Below the pieces are notes generated by a model. That model did no database searches, was not told the origin of the DNA, and saw only the letters and a list, made by a program, of their open reading frames with translations. From Candidatus Saccharimonadota bacterium (GTDB lineage Bacteria > Pseudomonadota > Gammaproteobacteria > Enterobacterales > Enterobacteriaceae): a stretch of 32,000 nucleotides of DNA. Shown here piece by piece: positions 25,247 to 32,000 of this stretch. The first letter of the stretch is position 1. Each line of letters starts with the position of its first letter. The stretch spans positions 217,311 through 249,310 of the forward strand of contig CP144768.1 in the NCBI GenBank assembly GCA_036689225.1, in the 5' to 3' direction. Made by a program: the position numbers and the translations under genes.

Positions 25247-26986
25247 TTATAAATTTAAATTTTTTAATTTTATTAAATTTCATACTTTTTTTTTTCTATT
25301 AAAATTTCAACCAAAAAAATATGATTTTAAATAATAATATTGAATTTTTTCGTTAATCAAAAAAATTTTTACTTTACGTAAAATATTTAAAAAAACTAAT
25401 TTTTCATCATTTTTTTTTATATATATAAAATTATTACTATATAAATATTCTATATAAAATCTTATTCTATAACTTTTAAAAAAATTTATAATATTTAATA
25501 TATTAATATTATTATTACATATACAAATATTAACTATTTTTAAAAACAAAGATAAAATATAAATATTTTTAAATTTAAATATTTTATCATTTATATTTAC
25601 AAAATTTGATAAATAAATATATTTTAATAATATACTTATTAAACAACGAAAAATATTTTTATTTTTATTAAATATTTTATCAACTGAAAAATTTTTTAAT
25701 ATACTAATAATTTTATTTTGATTTAAACCAATTTTTTTAGATAATTTATGAAATAATAATAATTTAATAACAGGAGAATTAATTTTTTTAATATAAAATA
25801 AAATATAATTTATAAAAAAAAATTTATTTTTATAAAATAATTTACTTTTATTATATAATAAATTAAATAACACATCATATAAAGATTTTGCATTATTAAT
25901 TTTATTATTAAAATTTAAAATACCATATTTTTTTACAAATGAATCTGGATCTTCATTAAAAGGTAAAAAAATAAAATATGATTTTCTATTTTCATTAATA
26001 TTTTTTAAAAGTAAAAATAAAGTTTTTTTAATTGATAAAAAACCTGATTTATCACCATCAAAACAAAAAATTATTGAATTAGTATAATAATATAAAAAAT
26101 TAATTTGTTTATAACATATAGAAGATCCTAATAATCCTACAACATAATATATACCATATTTATTCAAAGTAATAACATCAAAATAACCTTCAACAATTAA
26201 TATTTTTTCTAATTTTAAATTTTTATTTCTAATAAAATTAAAACCATATAAACAATATTTTTTATTAAAAAAAAAATTTTTTTTAATATTAATATATTTA
26301 TATTTATATTTTTTATATATTGTACGACCACCAAATGCTATAACATTATTATATATATCATATATAGGAAATATAATACGATTATATAAATTATCATAAA
26401 TTTTATTTTTATCTTTTTTTAAAAACCCTAATTTAATTAAAAATTTTATTTCATAATTATTTAATAATTTTAAAAAAATTTTTATAATATCATAAGATGA
26501 ATAACCTATAAGAAAATATTTAATTAATTTTATATTAATACCTCTATTAAATAAAAATTCTTTTATATAATAAGAATTTTTATTTAATAATAAACAATTA
26601 TGATAAATATAACTAATTTTAAACATTAATTTAAAATAATAAAATTTATTTTTATGTTTATTATTATAATTATTAATATTATTTAAATAATTAAATTTAA
26701 ATTTTATACCACAAATATTAGATAATTCTTTTATACTATCTAAAAAATTTATATTATTAAAACGCATTAAAAAATCTATTACATTACCATATGTTTTACA
26801 ACCAAAACAATAATAATAATTTTTATTTTCATTAATTATAAATGAAGGATTTTTTTCTGAATGAAAAGGACATATAGATATATATCTATTACCAACTTTT
26901 TTAACATTAATTTTTGAAGATATAATTTTAACTATATTACTATGACTTAATATTTTTTTAATATAATCACGAGAAATATATTTCAT
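25247..26986 (-). CDS. dnaG: DNA primase (C-terminal third very diverged)
   Basis: Track ORF 25307..26986. Zinc-binding CHC2 motif ICPFHSEKNPSFIINENKNYYYCFGCKTYGNVIDFLM, and TOPRIM region ILIVEGYFDVITL..IFCFDGDKSG. The track stop is a TGA (25307-25309); under table 4 the frame runs 20 more codons to TAA 25247-25249. Confidence 0.9.
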
Positions 26987-27005
26987 AATAATTACTTAAA
27001 ATTTT

Positions 27006-27206
27006 TTATTTTTTATTTTTAAAAAATTTATTTTTAATTCTTCTTTTTATAGCTAAATTTTTAGCTTTTTTTCTTTTAGTAGTAGGTTTTTCATAAAATT
27101 CTCTTTTTTTTATTTCAGTTAAAATACCTGACTTTTCACAAGATCTTTTAAATCTACGTAAAGCTATATCAAAAGGTTCATTTTCTTTAATTATAATAGT
27201 AGGCAT
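27006..27206 (-). CDS. rpsU: 30S ribosomal protein S21
   Basis: [49 protein letters not shown] matches E. coli S21 ([49 protein letters not shown]). AAGGAA at 27211-27216. Confidence 0.96.
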   Translation of the reverse strand: MPTIIIKENEPFDIALRRFKRSCEKSGILTEIKKREFYEKPTTKRKKAKNLAIKRRIKNKFFKNKK

Positions 27207-27299
27207 AAATTTCCTTCAATAAATTTAAAATTTGTTCTATATTTATATTTTATATTATAAAATAATATTTAATATTAACATAATTAATAAATAAAAAAA

Positions 27300-28313
27300 A
27301 TGATTATATTTGGTATTGAAACATCATGCGATGAAACTAGTATAAGTTTATATGATAATAAAAAAGGAATAATAATTAATAAAATATATAGTCAATCATA
27401 TATACACTCAAAATATGGAGGAGTAGTACCTAATATAGCTTCAAAAAATCACTCAAAAAAAATAATAAAATTAATAAAAAATGTAATTAAAAAAACTTTA
27501 ATTAAAATAGAAAATATAAAAGCAATAGCTTTTACTGCAGGACCTGGATTATCAAGTTCATTAATAATAGGATCTACAGTAGCTAATACTATATCTTTTT
27601 TATATAATAAACCATGTATACCTATAAATCATATAGAAGGTCATATATTATCTATTATGATATCAAAAAAAAAACCTAAATTTCCTTTTATATCATTAAT
27701 AACATCTGGAGCTCATACAATATTAACAATAGTAAATAATTTTAATAAATATAAAATTATAGGAAATTGTTTAGATGATTCAGCTGGAGAAACATTTGAT
27801 AAAATAGGAAATATAATTAATCTAAAATATCCTGCAGGAGAAAAAATTTCAAAATTTGCTAAATATAGTAAAAAAAAATTTATTTTTCCAAAACCAATTA
27901 CATCAAATAAAAATAATTTTAATTTTAGTTTTTCAGGATTAAAAACATATGTAATAAATTTTATAAAAAAAAATAAAATAAATTTACAATTTAAATATGA
28001 TTTATCAAATTCTATAGAAGAAACAATAACAGATATTTTAATTATAAAATGTATAAATGCAGCAAAAAAATATAATATAAATAGAATTAGTATAGTTGGA
28101 GGAGTTAGTTCAAATAAAAAATTAAGAAAAAAAATGTCAAAAGAAGCTAAAAAACATAAAATAAAAACTTTTTTTCCAAATAAAAATTTATGTACAGATA
28201 ATGCTGCTATGATAGCATATACTGGTTATATAAAATATATAACAAAAAAATTTAAAAAAAATAATTTTATAATAAAAATAAAATCTAATTGAAAAATAAA
28301 TGAAAAATTTTAA
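27300..28313 (+). CDS. tsaD: tRNA N6-adenosine threonylcarbamoyltransferase TsaD (Gcp/YgjD)
   Basis: IFGIETSCDETSISLYD, GGVVPNIASKNHSKKI, FTAGPGLSSSLIIG, INHIEGHI, LITSGAHT, DDSAGETFDKIG, VGGVSSNKKLR, LCTDNAAMIAY. Divergent from rpsU as in E. coli. The track stop at 28290-28292 is TGA; the frame continues 7 codons to TAA 28311-28313. Confidence 0.93.
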
Positions 28314-28317
28314 TATT

Positions 28318-29517
28318 TTAAAATAATTTATTTATAAAAATATTTTTTAAAAAAAAATATATTTTTTTATATCTTAAAATTTTAATTTTTTTACTTATAA
28401 AAATACCAATATATCCTAATTTAATTAAATATTTATTTTTTATATTTTTACATATAATATATATATCTAAAATATATTTTTCTAAAAAAAATAATAATTT
28501 ATTTTTTAAAGGCAATAATTTTATAAAATTTATAAATTTACGTAAAAAAAATAAATTATTAACATTTCTTCAAACATTAATAATATTTAATAAATTTAAA
28601 ATCATTATAGATAATATTTCATTTTTATAAAAAAAAACTTTATATAAAAAATTATATATATTCTTAAATAAAATAAAAAATTTTTTTGGTAATTTTAATC
28701 TTTTGCAAAAAATAAAAACTTTATTTAAAGTATAATATTTTTTATAAAAATATTTTTTTGAAATTATAGAATATCCAAAAAAAGAAAATAAACATAATAA
28801 AATAATTTCTAATCCTAATTTATAATTACTATTATTATTAAATAATAATTTAAAATAATATTTTTTTTTTTTATTATTAAAAATAGAAAATATTTCAGGA
28901 TAAATTATATTATTTATATTATAAATATTTAATAAATTAAAATATATAAATAAATTTCCTTTTAAAAAAACTTTTTTAGTTTCCAATCAAATTCTTTCAG
29001 GTTTTAAATATAAAAGTTCACCAGATTTAACAATTTTTTCAATCAAATTTAAAGTTTTTTTATGAATTATAAAACCAAATTTATAATAAAAAGAATAAAT
29101 TTTAAATAATCTTAAAACTCTTAAAGGATCTTCAGAAAAATGAAAAGAAACATGTTTAATAATACGATTATTTATATCATTAATACCTCCAAAAAAATCA
29201 TAATATATACCTTTTTTATAGGCTATAGCATTAATAGTTAAATCTCTTCTATATAAATCTTCTTTTAAAGTAATTTTTTTAGAAAAATTACATAAAAAAC
29301 CTTTATATCCTTTATTTATTTTAATTTCTTTACGAGCTAAAGCATATTCTTCATAAGTAATAGGATGTAAAAAAACTGGAAAACTATTACCAATAGGTAT
29401 AAAACCTAAATTAATCATTTCTTTATAAGAAGATCCTATAATAACTCAATCTCTATCTCTTACATTTAATCCTAATAATTTATCACGTACAGCACCACCA
29501 ACAAGAAAAATTTTCAT
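28318..29517 (-). CDS. cca: CCA-adding tRNA nucleotidyltransferase (C-terminal half very diverged)
   Basis: Track ORFs 28318..28515, 28570..28986 and 28987..29418 plus upstream sequence form one frame (399 aa); I checked the 28516-28569 link codon by codon. [28 protein letters not shown].., FPVFLHP..EEYALARKE, LKEDLYRRDLTINAIAY, DPLRVLR. Confidence 0.85.
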
Positions 29518-29537
29518 TATATATAAAATTAAAATTA

Positions 29538-29771
29538 TTATTTTTTTTTATTTAAAAAAATATCTAATATATTATTATCTATTAAATCATTTTGAATTTC
29601 TTTTAATGCCAAAATTGTACATTTATCATTTTTTAATTCTTTTAAATAATTATTTCTAGAAAAAATTTGTATTTGTCTAGCTCTAAAAGATGCTATTAAA
29701 ACAAGATCAAATCTATTACCAATTTTTTTAATTATATTTTCAATAATCAAATTAGACATATTATTTACCAT
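29538..29771 (-). CDS. rpoZ: RNA polymerase omega subunit
   Basis: ..[44 protein letters not shown] parallels E. coli ..[44 protein letters not shown]. Confidence 0.9.
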   Translation of the reverse strand: [77 protein letters not shown]

Positions 29772-29774
29772 TAA

Positions 29775-31388
29775 TTAAAATATATTTTTATTTATATGTT
29801 TATATAATATTTTATACTTATTTATTTTATGATTTAAAATAGGAATTTTAATTTTTTTTCAATATAATTTTATATTTAAAAATTTTTCTATTTTTTTAAA
29901 AATATTTGGAATAATAGGACTTAAATAAATAGAAATAATAGCAAAAGTATTTATTATAGTAGTACAAAATTTATGTAATTCATATTTTTTTTTATTTTGT
30001 TTACATATTAATCAAGGTTTATAATCATTAATATATTTATTTATTAAATCTATTAATTTATTAACTTCTAATATAACCTTAGAATAATTAAAATTTAAAA
30101 AATAATTATTTATTAAATCATATTTACTAATAAAAAAATTATAAAAATTATAATTTAATAATTCATTAGATAAATTATTATTATAATATTTATTTATAAA
30201 AGGATATATTCTAGAAGGAATATTTATAAAATTATTAACAAAATTACAATTAATAATTTTTATAAAATCATTTATACATAAATTTATATCATTTATATTA
30301 TAAGATAATTTACTTGCAAAATAATATCTTAAACTATCAGAATCAAAAAATTTTAATCATTTTTTTATAGAAATAAAATTATTTTTAGATTTTGACATTT
30401 TAAATCCATTTATTTTAATATGTCCATGAACTATAATATTAGTTGGTTTTCTAAAATTTAATACATCTAATATTATTGGTAATAATAATCCATGAAAATA
30501 TAATATATCTTTACCTATAAAATGATAAATTTCATAACTACTATCAATTTTTCAAAAATTATAAAATTCATAATAATTATTTAAATAACAATATTTTTTA
30601 AAAACACTTATATATCCTAAAATTGCATCTAATCATACATAAAATCATTTATTTAAAATATATTTATCAGGTATTTTAAATCCAAAATATGGATAATCAC
30701 GAGAAATATTTCAATTAATAAAATTATTATCTAAAAAAAATAATAATTGATTTTTTATTTCATTTTGAAAATTAGAATTTAATATTCAATTAAATAATAT
30801 TTTTTTATATTTTTTTATATTAATAAATAAATGATCAGTTTTTTTTAATATAGGAATACTATTAGATAGTAAAGAAATAGGATTAATTAAATCATAAGAA
30901 TTATATATTTGATTACAATACTCACATACATCACCATATTGATTAAAATTTTTACATTTAGGACATTGACCTTTTATAAATCTATCAGGTAAAAAAATAT
31001 TTTTTTTTTTATCATAAAATTGATAAATACTTTTTTTATATAGTAAATTTTTATTATTTAAATTATTTAATAATAATAAACAATAAAAATAATTAATTTT
31101 ATTATGAGTAGTATAATAAATATCATGAAATATATTAAATCTTTTAAATTGTTTTTTATGATCTATTAATATATTTTTTATCATTATTTCAGGTAATAAA
31201 TTTAATTTATTAGCTTTAATCATTATTGCTGTTCCATGAGAATCATCTGAACATATAAAATAAACATTATTACCTAATAATCTTTGATATTTTACTCATA
31301 TATCAGCTTGTATATGTTCTAAAATATGTCCTAAATGTATAGGACCATTTGCATAAGGAAAAGCACAAGTAACTAAAATATTTTTCAT
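29775..31388 (-). CDS. metG: Methionyl-tRNA synthetase, core enzyme without the C-terminal tRNA-binding/dimerisation domain (537 aa)
   Basis: Track ORF 30786..31223 plus flanks form one frame under table 4. [37 protein letters not shown] (HIGH-type motif), zinc knuckle [26 protein letters not shown] (KMSKS motif). The end ..[44 protein letters not shown] aligns to about residue 547 of E. coli MetRS. TAA at 29775-29777. Confidence 0.93.
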
Positions 31389-31404
31389 AAATAAAAATAA
31401 AAAA

Positions 31405-31478
31405 TCGGCGAGAGAGGATTTGAACCTCTGACCCACTAGTCCCAAACCAGTTGCGCTACCAAACTACGCCACTCACCG
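31405..31478 (-). tRNA. tRNA-Pro (anticodon UGG)
   Basis: Reverse complement cggtgagtggcgtagtttggtagcgcaactggtttgggactagtgggtcagaggttcaaatcctctctcgccga is close to E. coli proM as I remember it. Anticodon loop ttTGGga. No encoded CCA. Confidence 0.9.
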
Positions 31479-31483
31479 ATAAA

Positions 31484-31557
31484 GGTGGTTAATGGGATTC
31501 GAACCCATGACATCTAGAACCACAATCTAGAGCTCTACCTACTGAGCTATAACCACC
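31484..31557 (-). tRNA. tRNA-His (anticodon GUG) with genome-encoded G-1
   Basis: Reverse complement ggtggttatagctcagtaggtagagctctagattgtggttctagatgtcatgggttcgaatcccattaaccacc. Anticodon stem ctaga/tctag, loop ttGTGgt. An extra 5' G lies opposite C73, as in bacterial tRNA-His. No encoded CCA. Confidence 0.9.
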
Positions 31558-31599
31558 ATAATTAATTATATATATTATAACAAAATTTTAAAATTATTA

Positions 31600-32000
31600 T
31601 TAATATCTTTTCATCATATTAAAAAATTCATCATTTGTTTTAGTCATAGATAATTTTTTAATTAAAAATTCCATAGCATCAATTTCACTCATAGGTTGAA
31701 TAATTCTTCTTAATATTCAAATTTTTTGTAACTCATTAAAAGAAGTTAATAATTCTTCTTTACGTGTTCCAGATCTATTATAATCTATAGCAGGAAAAAC
31801 TCTTTTTTCTGCTATTTTTCTAGATAAATGTAATTCCATATTACCAGTACCTTTAAATTCCTCATATATTACTTCATCCATTTTAGAACCAGTATCTATT
31901 AAAGCAGTTGCTATTATAGTTAAACTACCTCCTTCTTCAACATTTCTAGCAGCACCAAAAAATCTTTTAGGTCTATGTAAAGCATTTGAATCTATTCCTC
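31600..32000 (-). CDS. rho: Transcription termination factor Rho, C-terminal ~133 codons (5' end lies beyond the window end)
   Basis: [123 protein letters not shown] is nearly identical to E. coli Rho. TGA=Trp at 31717-31719. TAA at 31600-31602. Confidence 0.97.

Overview
This window is core housekeeping DNA from an extremely A+T-rich, highly reduced Gram-negative (beta/gamma-proteobacterial type) obligate-endosymbiont genome that reads UGA as Trp (translation table 4). By eye it is well over 85% A+T; I did not count. The supplied ORF track used the standard code, so it splits most genes into fragments. Reading TGA as Trp joins the fragments into 30 intact CDS, which sit alongside 5 tRNAs and one probable gene relic. 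In coordinate order they are rpoC(partial)-rpoB-rplL-rplJ-rplA-rplK-nusG-secE, murB, ybeY, a ybeZ/phoH relic, miaB, tRNA-Met/Gln/Leu, prmB(+), tatD, holB, ahpC(+), rpmG-rpmB, dnaE, skp, bamA, uppS, frr, rpoD-dnaG-rpsU, tsaD(+), cca, rpoZ, metG, tRNA-Pro/His and rho(partial). Apart from those three plus-strand genes, every feature is on the minus strand, so minus-strand operons are transcribed in the reverse of this order. Typical spacers are 10-40 bp. I found no mobile elements, CRISPR arrays, prophage or defence genes, or other accessory cargo, and I do not claim a novel multi-gene system. The points worth a second look concern genome reduction. These are the recoding itself, ancestral operons with clean internal deletions (frr-uppS-bamA-skp-dnaE without the lpx genes), an outlier 520-bp spacer holding a ybeZ relic, domain-level truncations (sigma-70 region 1.1, the DnaE C-terminal tail, the MetG C-domain), tRNAs without encoded CCA next to a retained cca gene, and long homopolymer tracts inside essential genes. 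All homology statements rest on my reading of the translations against remembered E. coli sequences; no search was run.
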